Shown here: piece after piece, positions 1-9,546 of the stretch
Numbering within the stretch: position 1 is the first letter of the stretch
Layout of the letters: every line of letters begins with the position of its first letter
NCBI GenBank assembly: GCA_965198365.1
Contig: OZ240617.1
Location: 83,752-147,751, forward strand
Length of the DNA: 64,000 nucleotides
Origin: Candidatus Aldehydirespiratoraceae bacterium
GTDB lineage: Bacteria > Actinomycetota > Acidimicrobiia > Acidimicrobiales > Aldehydirespiratoraceae
Reading direction: 5' to 3'
Position numbers and translations under genes: made by a program
Notes under the pieces: generated by a model
What the model saw: the letters and a program-made list of their open reading frames with translations, nothing else
Database searches by the model: none
What the model was told of the DNA's origin: nothing

Positions 1-517
1 GGAGCCGACCCGATCGCCGAACTATCGTGAGAGTTCGCGGGAGCATCCGATGTGGCCCGAGTTGCGCGCTATACCTAACGCTGTGCCGTTTTGTCATATC
101 TATCTAGTGCCTTATTGGCAGTTCGGTGTACTACATGCTTGAGTCCAACCCAGGACCAGGCCTTGGTCTGCTGCTCGCCTACTGGTTCGCCGGTAAGGGC
201 TTGGCCAAGCTCTCCGCACCCGGCTCGATCATCATCCACTTCTTCGGTGGTATCCATGAGGTGTACTTCCCGTACGTGTCATCATCAGTTACGCACGCGA
301 CCGCAAGGCGCAACTCGGGATCGCCTGATCTCCTCCGAGTGGCCGTATTTGACACTCTCACGCTACTGAGAGGAAAAAGTCGCTACTCTCAGTAGACGCG
401 CGGGATTCATAGTGCTACGGTCGGCCACACCTGAGCAAGGCTGTTGTGAAGGTGCTGATTCAGGTACCGAAGCCGCGGCCCGCACAGGTCTCATATTCAT
501 TTCCAATTGGGGGAGAC

Positions 518-1918
518 ATGGCCACTGATCTTGAGATGTTCGTAGGGGCCGATGGCCGCGAAGAGCAGGTAAGGGAGGTGGAAGCCCGCATCGAAGCCGA
601 CGACATCCAGTACTTGTACTGCCAGTTCCTTTCCGTCACAGGACGGATCATGGGCAAAGGCATACCGGCCAAGCATTTCGGCATGATCGCCCGCAAAGGC
701 TTCCAACTCGTCTACGGCTCCACCGCGAATTTGTTCACCGACCGTCACGGTGAATACATCGGTTACGGGCCTGAGGCCCGCGAGTTGGTCGGCTTAGCCG
801 AACCTGAGACTTTCATGCCTTTGCCGTGGGACAGTCGCACGGCACGGGTTTGGTGCACGCTGTTTCGTGGGCGTGAGGAAGAAGTCGACGGCGGAGCTTT
901 CCTCACCTCGGACTGCAGAGGCAACCTCAAGCGCATCCACGCCGAGTTCGAAGCCAAGCACGGACTGCATCTTCGTGCGGGCTGCGAGCCGGAGATGATG
1001 TGGCTGCGAGCCGACGAACACGGCAAACCCACCGTTGAGGGTTTGACCAAGCCCAACTGCTACCACATCGATCAGTTCGCGGAGTTGCAACCGCTGATCC
1101 ACAAAGTGATCGAGTACTGCGAGGCGATGGGTCTCGACATGATCCAGGGCGACCACGAAGACGCCCCCGGGCAGTTGGAACTCAACTTCAACTTCGACCG
1201 GGCCGAACTCACCTCCGACCGGCTGAGCACTTACCGTCAGGTGTGTAAGCAGGTTGGCCGGGAGTTGGGTGCGTTTCCGTGCTTCATGCCCAAGCCCTTC
1301 ATGGGCGTGTCGGCCAATGGCTGCCACCACAACATTTCGTTGTGGGACGCAGACGGCAACAACAAGTTCATGCCCGAAGGAGACAACCCACAGTTGCCCG
1401 GTCCCATCGGCATGAAGGCCATCGGGGGGATCCTCGAACATGTCCGTGCACTCACCTGCTTGACATCACCTACCGTCAACTCCTACCGCAGGTTGTGGGA
1501 CACCGGCTTCTGGGCACCTGTGTTCGCCGACTGGGGATTCCAGAACCGCACCACCGCGCTGCGCGTCAGCGCGCCGGGACGCTTCGAGTACCGCTCGGTG
1601 GACAGTGCGGTGAATCCGGCTCTGTCGTTCGCCGGTCTGCTCAAGGCGATGGACGACGGCTTGGACCGCAGCCTCGACCCGGGTCAACCCGAGGAGCGCA
1701 ACATCTACGACGCCCTGAAGGAAGGCAAACAGGTCCAGAAGATCCCGCTCACCTTGGGCGAGGCGCTTGAGGCGTTCGACAGCGACGAGGTAGTCAAGTC
1801 GGCGCTCCCCGGCGAGATGTACAGGGTGTTCATGCACTACAAGACCGACGAATGGGAGCGGTTCCTGCACACCGTCTCAGACTGGGACGTCGAAGAATAT
1901 CTCGACGTCCTGCCCTGA
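518..1918 (+). CDS. gmaS: Gamma-glutamylmethylamide synthetase (glutamine synthetase superfamily)
   Basis: GS-family motifs (GCEPEM, DHEDAPGQLELNF, FMPKPF, NGCHHNISLW, NRT..LRV, EYRSVD). First gene before the mgsABC-type trio. Start moved to ATG 518 behind a GGGGAG RBS. Confidence 0.8.
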   Translation: MATDLEMFVGADGREEQVREVEARIEADDIQYLYCQFLSVTGRIMGKGIPAKHFGMIARKGFQLVYGSTANLFTDRHGEYIGYGPEARELVGLAEPETFMPLPWDSRTARVWCTLFRGREEEVDGGAFLTSDCRGNLKRIHAEFEAKHGLHLRAGCEPEMMWLRADEHGKPTVEGLTKPNCYHIDQFAELQPLIHKVIEYCEAMGLDMIQGDHEDAPGQLELNFNFDRAELTSDRLSTYRQVCKQVGRELGAFPCFMPKPFMGVSANGCHHNISLWDADGNNKFMPEGDNPQLPGPIGMKAIGGILEHVRALTCLTSPTVNSYRRLWDTGFWAPVFADWGFQNRTTALRVSAPGRFEYRSVDSAVNPALSFAGLLKAMDDGLDRSLDPGQPEERNIYDALKEGKQVQKIPLTLGEALEAFDSDEVVKSALPGEMYRVFMHYKTDEWERFLHTVSDWDVEEYLDVLP

Positions 1919-2002
1919 TCGGCGCTGCTTCGCCGGGCTTCGGCGGGCTTCGCCTATCCAACAACAATTCACATACATCAGAACAACTAGGGAGGTAGCA
2001 CC

Positions 2003-2932
2003 ATGTGCGGCATCGCAGGAGTGATCCACCGCGACGGCACGGCCGACATTGGCGCCGAATTGACGGCCATGTTGCAAGCAATGAAGCACCGAGGGCCGGA
2101 TTCCACCGGCTACGCGGTCTATGGACCAGCCGACGATCTTGTGGTTATCCGTTTCGTGCTCGCTGAACCGAACCGCAGTACCGGTTTCGGGATGGAGGAA
2201 CGTCTGGCGCGCAACCGGTTGGAGGTCGAGTCGCGGCTCGCCAAGATCGGTGCTGAAGTGGCCACGGTCACCAGCGACACCGGTTACGCCTTTCGGGCCA
2301 CGGTCCGTTACAGCGGCGAACTCAAACCGCTGGCCGACTACCTCGAGGACGTCCCGGGTTGTGAGGTGCTGTCGCTGGGCAACTCGCTGGAGATCATCAA
2401 GGACATGGGCGATGCGGCCACAGTGAGCGACCAATACGGTTTGGGCTCGTTTCAGGGGACTCACGGCGTTGGACATGTGCGCATGGCCACCGAATCTGAG
2501 GTTGACCTGGCCAGCGCCCACCCTTATTGGGCCTACCCGTTCGCCGATGTGGCTGTGGTCCACAACGGGCAACTCACCAACTATCACCAATGGCGCCGCC
2601 GCCTCGAGCAGGCAGGCCATCGTTTCCAAAGCGAGTGCGACTCTGAGATCATCGCGGTGTACTTGGCTGAGAAAATGTCGGGCGGGTTGTCGCTGGAGAC
2701 ATCCATGAAGGACAGTCTCGACGACCTCGACGGTGTGTTCACCTACGTGTGTGTCACCGGCAACGAGCTGGGGATCGCCAAAGATGAGATGGCGGCCAAA
2801 CCACTGGTGCTGTTCGAGTCTGACGATCTGGTGGCCGTGGCCACCGAGGAAGTGTCGATCCGTACTCTGGTCAAGCGCGAGGTTGAAACCCGCGATCCGT
2901 ACGAGCGGGAGGTGTTGGTGTGGCAAGTGTAG
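2003..2932 (+). CDS. mgsA: N-methylglutamate synthase subunit A (class II glutamine amidotransferase)
   Basis: N-terminal MCGIAG, HRGPDSTG, GHVRMATES, HNGQL and CDSE motifs; GGAGG RBS; operon context. Confidence 0.8.
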   Translation: MCGIAGVIHRDGTADIGAELTAMLQAMKHRGPDSTGYAVYGPADDLVVIRFVLAEPNRSTGFGMEERLARNRLEVESRLAKIGAEVATVTSDTGYAFRATVRYSGELKPLADYLEDVPGCEVLSLGNSLEIIKDMGDAATVSDQYGLGSFQGTHGVGHVRMATESEVDLASAHPYWAYPFADVAVVHNGQLTNYHQWRRRLEQAGHRFQSECDSEIIAVYLAEKMSGGLSLETSMKDSLDDLDGVFTYVCVTGNELGIAKDEMAAKPLVLFESDDLVAVATEEVSIRTLVKREVETRDPYEREVLVWQV

Positions 2933-3711
2933 GTTCGCGCAGCGGGGTCTCTTATGACGCTCGAGGCTTGGTCGAACCCCAGGCCGAGATGCCCGACAAC
3001 ATTGAGGTCGACGGCGGCAGGGCGCGCTTCGACGCCACCGACCTCACCATCCGCCAGATCAACATGGCCTTGCGGAAACTGATCTACAACGACGGCATAG
3101 TCGATGTGACAGTGCTCAACCCGTCCTCCAAGCATTCGCTGGCGGTTGGGATCTTGAAACGCTGTCGGATCCATTTCGAAGGCAGCCCCGGTTGGTTCGC
3201 CTGTGGCCTGATCGACGGGCCCGAGGTGACAATCAACGGACGAGTGGGCTGGTCGCTCTGCGAAAACATGATGTCGGGCGTGGTCGTGGTCGAGCGCGGC
3301 GCAGGCTCGCTCACCGGAGCCGCGATCCGCGGCGGTGACCTGATCGTGAAAGGCGATGTGGGCGCTCGCACTGGCATCGACCAGAAGGGCGGCACGATCA
3401 TCGTGATGGGCGATGTGGGGATCAACACCGGGTTCATGATGCAGCGGGGCCGTCAGATCATTTGCGGCAACGCCGGCCAGAACCTGGGCGACTCGATGTA
3501 TGACGGCGAGATTTACGTGGCAGGCAAGGTGAGTTCCTTGGGAGTCGACTGCGTAGCTGGCGAATGGACCGACGACGACACCGAGTTGATCGAACGCAAG
3601 TTCCGTATCCACGGGCTGGGAGAACCGCCGCCGTTCGAGAAGTTCGTTTGCGGCAAGCAACTACACAACTACGACGCACTTGAGCCCTCCGAGCGCAAGC
3701 TCGTGATGTGA
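2920..3711 (+). CDS. mgsB: N-methylglutamate synthase subunit B (GXGXG beta-helix, GltB C-terminal-like)
   Basis: Repeated GxxG/GxGxG motifs (ENMMSG, GAAIRGG, GIDQKGG, GFMMQRG, GDSMYDG); overlaps mgsA. Confidence 0.8.
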   Translation: MASVGSRSGVSYDARGLVEPQAEMPDNIEVDGGRARFDATDLTIRQINMALRKLIYNDGIVDVTVLNPSSKHSLAVGILKRCRIHFEGSPGWFACGLIDGPEVTINGRVGWSLCENMMSGVVVVERGAGSLTGAAIRGGDLIVKGDVGARTGIDQKGGTIIVMGDVGINTGFMMQRGRQIICGNAGQNLGDSMYDGEIYVAGKVSSLGVDCVAGEWTDDDTELIERKFRIHGLGEPPPFEKFVCGKQLHNYDALEPSERKLVM

Positions 3712-3747
3712 GCCCAGACAGCATCGAGAGAACATAAGGAGACGACG

Positions 3748-5142
3748 ATGAGCGAAGTGAACAAAAGCACAGATGTGTTGGGGCAGAGCCGGATCTTCAC
3801 CCGTGAGGTAATCAACGACATCCATGTGAAGGCCGAACTGGGCCGTTACCGAATGCGAGGCTTTTCGATCTTCAAGAAGATCCCGCATTGGGACGAGTTG
3901 GTGTTTCTGCCGGGAACCCTCACCCGATTCGTGATCGAGGGTTACCGCGAGAAGTGCGAAACAAAGACTGTGCTCGGGGCTCGTTTCGCGGCCAAGCCTC
4001 TGGAGCTCGACATTCCCGTGTACATCACCGGTATGAGCTTCGGTGCTTTGTCGTTGGAGGCCAAAATGGCTTTGGCGAAGGGCGCTTCGATGGCCGGCAC
4101 CGCTACTTGCTCAGGCGAGGGCGGCATGATCCCACCCGAACGGGACCTGTCGACCAAGTGGTATTACCAGATCATTCAGAGCCGCTACGGTTTCAACCCT
4201 CATCACCTGATGTTGGCTGACGCGGTGGAGTTCTTTATCGGCCAGGGCTGCAAGGTCGGCCTCGGCGGCCACTTGATGGGCCAGAAGGTCACCGAACAGG
4301 TGGCTGAGATGCGGTCTCTGCCAGCGGGTATCGATCAACGCTCACCGGCACGGCATCCCGACTGGCTCGGTCCCGATGATCTTTCGTTGAAGATCCAGGA
4401 AGTGCGTGAAGCGACCGACTATCAGATCCCGATCCAGTTGAAGCTGGGGTCGGCCCGTGTCTATGACGATGTACGCATGGCCGCCAAGTGTGGTCCTGAT
4501 GTGATCTATCTCGACGGTGCCGAAGGCGGGACTGGCGCCGGGCCGCATCTGGCTACCGAGGAGACCGGTATTCCGCTGATGGCGGCTATCCCCGAAGCTC
4601 GTCGGGCGCTTGAAGATGTGGGCCTCGCCGACGACATCGACCTGGTCGTCGCGGGTGGTATCCGCAACGGTGGCGATGTGGCGAAATGCCTAGCGCTCGG
4701 TGCCGACGCCATCGCTATCGGCACCGCCGCGCTGATGGCTCTCAACTGCAACAAGGAGATTCCCGGCGTTACCGACTATGAGGGCACGATTGGGGTGCCC
4801 GCCGGCGAGTGCTACCACTGCCACACTGGTCGTTGCCCGGTGGGTGTCGCCACCCAGGATGTGGAACTGCGTAAACGCCTCGATGTCGATGAGGCGGCGC
4901 TGCGGGTCTACAACTTCTTGCTCACGCTCACTATGGAAGTGCAGATGCTTGCTCGAGCGTGCGGCAAGACCGACATTCATTCGTTGGAACCGGAAGACCT
5001 CGCCGCTCTCACCTATGAGGCTGCGGCCATGGCCAAGGTGCCGTTGGCCGGCACCACTTACATTCCCGGTGTCACCGAGGAGAACACTCTGACCGAGATC
5101 CGGGAGCTGTTCGACAAACACGTGATCGATGGAGGCAACTGA
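3748..5142 (+). CDS. mgsC: N-methylglutamate synthase subunit C (FMN-binding glutamate synthase family)
   Basis: GMSFGALS, SGEGGM, GQGCKVGLGG, LDGAEGGTGA, GGIRNG and the Fe-S motif CxHCHTGRCPVGVATQ. Confidence 0.85.
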   Translation: MSEVNKSTDVLGQSRIFTREVINDIHVKAELGRYRMRGFSIFKKIPHWDELVFLPGTLTRFVIEGYREKCETKTVLGARFAAKPLELDIPVYITGMSFGALSLEAKMALAKGASMAGTATCSGEGGMIPPERDLSTKWYYQIIQSRYGFNPHHLMLADAVEFFIGQGCKVGLGGHLMGQKVTEQVAEMRSLPAGIDQRSPARHPDWLGPDDLSLKIQEVREATDYQIPIQLKLGSARVYDDVRMAAKCGPDVIYLDGAEGGTGAGPHLATEETGIPLMAAIPEARRALEDVGLADDIDLVVAGGIRNGGDVAKCLALGADAIAIGTAALMALNCNKEIPGVTDYEGTIGVPAGECYHCHTGRCPVGVATQDVELRKRLDVDEAALRVYNFLLTLTMEVQMLARACGKTDIHSLEPEDLAALTYEAAAMAKVPLAGTTYIPGVTEENTLTEIRELFDKHVIDGGN

Positions 5143-5143
5143 G

Positions 5144-5599
5144 ATGGCCGGATCGGCAAGCACGGGCGAGAGCCCATCGGAAATCCGCACTGTGGCGATC
5201 GACGCTGAAGTGTTGGCCGGTAAGCGTTTCCCTTATCAAGAGGACATTACGCTGGTGGCCGACATTGATTTGCTGGCTGCAACGCCCGGGCCCGATATCA
5301 ACTGGCTTGAGGACATCACTTTGTTGGAGGAAGACGGTATGCCGGCAGTGTTTGACCGCTATTCCAACTCGTTTCTGAAGATCTATTTCGATATTCCTGA
5401 GGGTTCCGAGGATGACATCGCCCGCAAGGTGCTGATCAGGCATCTCGTGGACGGGAATTCCTATGGCATCACCTTGAAGGACATCCACTGCAAGTTCCCG
5501 CAGGTGGAACTGGGGCCGTGGGTGGAAGAGTCGCGCATTGTGGGCGAAAACTGGAAACCGACAGAGCTTGAGGGTTGGAGTGCGCCACAGGCGCATTAG
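5144..5599 (+). CDS. Acidic protein of unknown function (151 aa) in the mgs operon
   Basis: GGAGG RBS inside the mgsC 3' end, ATG 1 nt after the mgsC stop; no recognised domain. Confidence 0.75.
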   Translation: MAGSASTGESPSEIRTVAIDAEVLAGKRFPYQEDITLVADIDLLAATPGPDINWLEDITLLEEDGMPAVFDRYSNSFLKIYFDIPEGSEDDIARKVLIRHLVDGNSYGITLKDIHCKFPQVELGPWVEESRIVGENWKPTELEGWSAPQAH

Positions 5600-5636
5600 G
5601 GCCCTAGGTCAAGCCAAGAACTAACAAGGAGCCGCA

Positions 5637-6968
5637 GTGAGTCTTCCCCGCAGTTCTCGCTATGTGATCATTGGTGCTGGTATTCACGGGTTGTCCACGG
5701 CTTGGAACTTGGCCCGTGATCTGCGTTCGTCGGGGCGCGGTTCAGGTGCCGATGTGGTCGTGATCGACAAGGCCGGTGTTGGCGCCGGTGCTTCCGGGAT
5801 TGCCTGTGGGGTGATCCGCAACAACTATTTTCAGCCGGCCATGCGTGAGCTGATGGCGCATTCGGTGGATGTGTGGGAGAGCGACCCGGAAGCGTTCTCG
5901 TACCATCCGGTGGGGTATTTGCAGATCAGCCATGAGGCGATGCATGAAGATGTTGCCTCGATCCATGCTCAACAGCAGGCCATTGGTTACGCCTCGACTT
6001 TCGTGGAGGGGGCTCTAGATTCTCGCCGTCACATGTTGGGAATATTCGACGATTGGCAGGCGCAGGGCATCACCAGCGTTCTGCACGAACATCGCGGTGG
6101 TTACGCCAACAACATGGCGTCGCTCAAGGGCCTGTTGGGCAAGGCGGAGGCTGAGGGTGTGTCGGTGGTTGGAGGCGTGTCGGTGATGGGTTTTGAGCGT
6201 GACGCTGCTGGGGCTGTGACTGACGTTGTCACCGATCGGGGCAGTGTCAGCTGTGATCATGTGGTGGTGGCGGTGGGGCCCTGGGTACAGAAGATTTGGG
6301 CCATGCTCGACTTGCCAACTGTCACTGATGTGCTCGGCCGCGACGGTCAGGTGCATCGACGTCCGACTTGGACCTACATGTGTTTGCAGGAGGGCACCCT
6401 GGAGGTCGACCCGGGCTATCTCATCGACAATGCCGGCAACATGCCGCCGGTGGTGCATATCGACACCGACGCGCCGCTGTATGACGCCGATGGCCTGGTC
6501 ACTGAGGGGCCTTGGGGGGTGTACTACAAGCCCGATTTCAATTTCGGTGGTGTACAGGGCGGTTATATGCCCTACGTGGTGGACAAGCCTTCAGATCAGG
6601 TGGCGGTCGATCCGTACGGCCCGGATTCACCGGATTTTATTGTCGGTGAGGATTTCTACCGCACTTGGTCTGCGGCGCTGGCTCATTGTCAGAAGCGTTT
6701 CGAGGGCAAGGGTCATCTGATGAGCCGTGAGCCCTCCGGTGGTATCGGCAGTTTCTCTCCCGACAATTTCCCGGTGTTCGACATGTTCTGCGACAATGTG
6801 TACTTCATCGCCGACTCGAACCACGGCTACAAGATGATCGGTGTCGGCGCGCTCGTGGCCAGAGAGCTGCTGGGTGAGTCTCAGGGGTTGCTGGCTCCGT
6901 TCTGTTGGTCGCGGTATGCCACAGGGGATCTGCACCCGGTGAGTAATTCGCCGTATCCGTGGAGCTGA
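5637..6968 (+). CDS. FAD-dependent oxidoreductase, sarcosine oxidase beta / DAO family; candidate N-methylglutamate dehydrogenase
   Basis: GAGIHG dinucleotide-binding motif, GASGIACG, SPDNFPV, SNHGYK; directly downstream of mgsABC. Confidence 0.75.
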   Translation: MSLPRSSRYVIIGAGIHGLSTAWNLARDLRSSGRGSGADVVVIDKAGVGAGASGIACGVIRNNYFQPAMRELMAHSVDVWESDPEAFSYHPVGYLQISHEAMHEDVASIHAQQQAIGYASTFVEGALDSRRHMLGIFDDWQAQGITSVLHEHRGGYANNMASLKGLLGKAEAEGVSVVGGVSVMGFERDAAGAVTDVVTDRGSVSCDHVVVAVGPWVQKIWAMLDLPTVTDVLGRDGQVHRRPTWTYMCLQEGTLEVDPGYLIDNAGNMPPVVHIDTDAPLYDADGLVTEGPWGVYYKPDFNFGGVQGGYMPYVVDKPSDQVAVDPYGPDSPDFIVGEDFYRTWSAALAHCQKRFEGKGHLMSREPSGGIGSFSPDNFPVFDMFCDNVYFIADSNHGYKMIGVGALVARELLGESQGLLAPFCWSRYATGDLHPVSNSPYPWS

Positions 6969-6980
6969 GGTGACTTGCAG

Positions 6981-7412
6981 ATGAACGTGACTGGTGGTTG
7001 TGCGTGTGGCGCGGTGCGGTTCACGTTGAACGGGCCGCTGCGGCCTGTGATCAACTGTCACTGTTCGCGCTGTCGGCGTTGGACGGGCCATTTCATGGCC
7101 GGCACGAACACGCACCGGGATGATCTGTCGTTCAATCGAGGTGTCGACTCGGTGAAGTGGTGGACTCCCGACGAGGAGCCGGCCGTGGCCTATGGGTTCT
7201 GCGCTCATTGCGGGGGCAGTCTGTTCTGGCGCTCGAGTTCCAAGCCTGGGAGATACTCGATCGCAGCCGGGGCTCTCGACCCGCCCACTGGTCTTGACAC
7301 GGTGCATGCCCTGTTCACGGCCGAGGCCAGCGACTACCACCGCCTCGACCCCGATCTCCCCCACCATCCCCACGATTCAGACGGCGGCGTCCAAATCGAA
7401 GGCTGGACATAA
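6981..7412 (+). CDS. GFA/CENP-V family Zn-binding protein
   Basis: GGCACG, CHCSRC and FCAHCG cysteine pattern; GAGGTG RBS. Confidence 0.85.
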   Translation: MNVTGGCACGAVRFTLNGPLRPVINCHCSRCRRWTGHFMAGTNTHRDDLSFNRGVDSVKWWTPDEEPAVAYGFCAHCGGSLFWRSSSKPGRYSIAAGALDPPTGLDTVHALFTAEASDYHRLDPDLPHHPHDSDGGVQIEGWT

Positions 7413-7429
7413 CCGTTCAGCGGCAAAAC

Positions 7430-7473
7430 GACAGAACCCCGGGAACCGCTGAAAGCGACCCCTCGGGGTTGTC
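7430..7473 (+). ncRNA. Structured hairpin upstream of the Abi gene (candidate abiF-type RNA)
   Basis: GAC-AG-AACCCC...CGCT-GAA-AGCG...GGGGTT-GTC nested stems; no U-tract; 60 nt before the Abi/HEPN start. Confidence 0.4.
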
Positions 7474-7533
7474 AACACCAACCTTACCTGACCCATGTGA
7501 CAAAAGTCGACAAATTTCCGCTAGGAACATGTC

Positions 7534-8241
7534 GTGCTAATGCCCGATGAGCTTGAGCAACTGATCTCGCCAGCCCGTTTCCGCACCTTCGTTGAGTTCT
7601 CGTCGGGTGATCGGAAGGTTGCTGCCAAGCTGTACGAATGGACCGGTCATCTCGCCGGAGCGCTCTTTACGGACTTCCGTCACCTTGAGATCGTATTCCG
7701 CAACAAAGTTGACCAAGCGCTGATGGAATATGCCCGAACACACGATCCGGATGTCATGTCGTGGCTCGACGATTCCTGGCTCCCGGACCACACCAACGGC
7801 TGGGACGATGAGGCAAACAAGGCAATCGGAAAGGCCCGCGAGATGGCCCGCGGTCGTAACCCGTCCCATGATGCCGTAATTGCGCAGTTGATGTTCGGCT
7901 TCTGGAGATACGCGACGAAAGGCCGCTACGAGGAAGCTTTCTGGTTGCCAGCCTTAGATGGGGTGTTCACCAATATCCCTGGGGCGAACGCTGTCGAACG
8001 ACGAGTGACGTTAGAAACTGCGATGATCAATTTGAACAAGCTGCGGAATCGAATCGCTCACCATGAACCAATCTGCAAACCGTGGAAGAGGCGTACTCAG
8101 GGAGGTGTAGAACTCGTTCTCTCGGTTGACGATGTCTACAGGGATCTCGAGGATGTCCTTCGCTGGTGCGATCCATCTTCAAGCGTTCACTTCCTCAAAC
8201 AATCTCGTGTACCAGAACTCTTAGCAACACGACCGAGCTAG
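7534..8241 (+). CDS. Abi-like (Abi_2/AbiD-F) HEPN-domain protein
   Basis: LYEW...LEIVFRN, AQLMFGFW and the HEPN motif RNRIAHHEP. Confidence 0.8.
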   Translation: MLMPDELEQLISPARFRTFVEFSSGDRKVAAKLYEWTGHLAGALFTDFRHLEIVFRNKVDQALMEYARTHDPDVMSWLDDSWLPDHTNGWDDEANKAIGKAREMARGRNPSHDAVIAQLMFGFWRYATKGRYEEAFWLPALDGVFTNIPGANAVERRVTLETAMINLNKLRNRIAHHEPICKPWKRRTQGGVELVLSVDDVYRDLEDVLRWCDPSSSVHFLKQSRVPELLATRPS

Positions 8242-8339
8242 CGAGGTCTGGAGCGGGCCTGACCCCAGAATCTATTTTCTAAGACCTGTGGGATGGAACC
8301 ACCGAGGCACCGGCGCTGAATCTCTTGCAGGCGGTGGGG

Positions 8340-9527
8340 TCAGGCGCGGGCGCTGGGGCCGTAGGCGCAGAACATGTGGTCGTTCTCGGCGAAACGGGTG
8401 GGGCGCAACCGGTGAGGGTCGAAGGGCGGTTCGTGGCCGAGGACTATGGCCGCCACGATCTCGCCGATGGCCGGCGACAGTTTCAAGCCGTGACCTGAGA
8501 ATCCCAGGGCCAGACACAGGCCGGCGATCTCGTGGGTCCAGCCGATGAGGGGGTGGTAGTCGGGGGTGACATCGTAGGCGCCGCTGATGTGGCTGAGGGG
8601 GGTGGCGCCTCTCATGGCGGGCATGCGGGCAGCCAACGCTTGGTCGATTCGTTCCAGGTGGGCGCGCTGGTCGGCTTCGTCGCCCATCAACAGCGGGTCA
8701 TCCACGAGCGGCATTTCCGAGGGGTAGGCAGCGGCAAGGAAGCGGCGGCCCATGTCGGGGCGCAAGACGATGTTGGAGTTGCCGTCGGTGACACAGGAGT
8801 GCATCTGGGGTTGGCCGGGCTGGGTTTGCAGCATGGTCATTTCCAGCCGACGTCGTTGCACGGGCACGTGAACACCGATCGGGTCAAGCAGGTCAGTCGC
8901 CCAAGCTCCGGTTGCTGTCACTACGACGGGTGCGTCTATTTCGCCTGCGTTGGTGGACACTCCACTAAGTCGGCCACCGCTGGTTCGCAACGCTGTCACT
9001 TTGACTCCGCTGATGACCTCAGCGCCATGACCCTGAGCCGCGGTGAGCCAGCTCAGCACCATTTTCGTGACGTCGATGTAGCCGCCGTCTGGTTCGTGTG
9101 CTCCCCCTGCGAGGTCGTCGGTGATCAGCAACGGTTCAAGGGCGGCGATCTCCGCGGCGTTTACGAAGCGGGTGTCCACGCCGCAGGCTCGCCCCAGGTC
9201 GATGTTGCGGTGCAGGGCATCGAGTTGGTCTTCGATGACCAACAGCAGGTATCCGAGCTGCACATATCCGGGATCGCCGACTCCTACTTCAACACTCCAG
9301 TTTTGAATCACGTTGAACCCGTGCCGGGCCATCTGGACCAGCAGTTCGTTGGAGTAGTGCTGACGGATCTGTCCGAAGGTTCTTCCGGAGATCCCGCCCA
9401 CCGGTGGGCGTTCGTCAACGACTACTACCCGGGCATCGGATTGGGCAGCGAGTTGATAGGCGATGCTGGCACCCATGATGCCCGCGCCGACGACAACGAT
9501 GTCTGCTGTCGCCGGGGGTAGTTTCAT
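8340..9527 (-). CDS. FAD-dependent oxidoreductase (DAO/sarcosine oxidase-like)
   Basis: GAGIMG, GISGRTFGQIRQHY, YDVTPDYHP, GFSGHGLK. Start trimmed to MKLPP, 19 nt after the tmm stop. Confidence 0.8.
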   Translation of the reverse strand: MKLPPATADIVVVGAGIMGASIAYQLAAQSDARVVVVDERPPVGGISGRTFGQIRQHYSNELLVQMARHGFNVIQNWSVEVGVGDPGYVQLGYLLLVIEDQLDALHRNIDLGRACGVDTRFVNAAEIAALEPLLITDDLAGGAHEPDGGYIDVTKMVLSWLTAAQGHGAEVISGVKVTALRTSGGRLSGVSTNAGEIDAPVVVTATGAWATDLLDPIGVHVPVQRRRLEMTMLQTQPGQPQMHSCVTDGNSNIVLRPDMGRRFLAAAYPSEMPLVDDPLLMGDEADQRAHLERIDQALAARMPAMRGATPLSHISGAYDVTPDYHPLIGWTHEIAGLCLALGFSGHGLKLSPAIGEIVAAIVLGHEPPFDPHRLRPTRFAENDHMFCAYGPSARA

Positions 9528-9546
9528 GGGTCTAGCGGTGAACCCG

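Noticed and set aside
75-395. Short overlapping ORFs at the window start
   Set aside because: Four competing frames, no recognisable motif or clear RBS; a degraded gene is possible but unsupported.
518-5142. Ordinary glutamine synthetase / glutamate synthase operon
   Set aside because: The split three-gene GltB-like arrangement with an intact GS-like gene, plus nearby tmm and tdm, matches gmaS-mgsABC.
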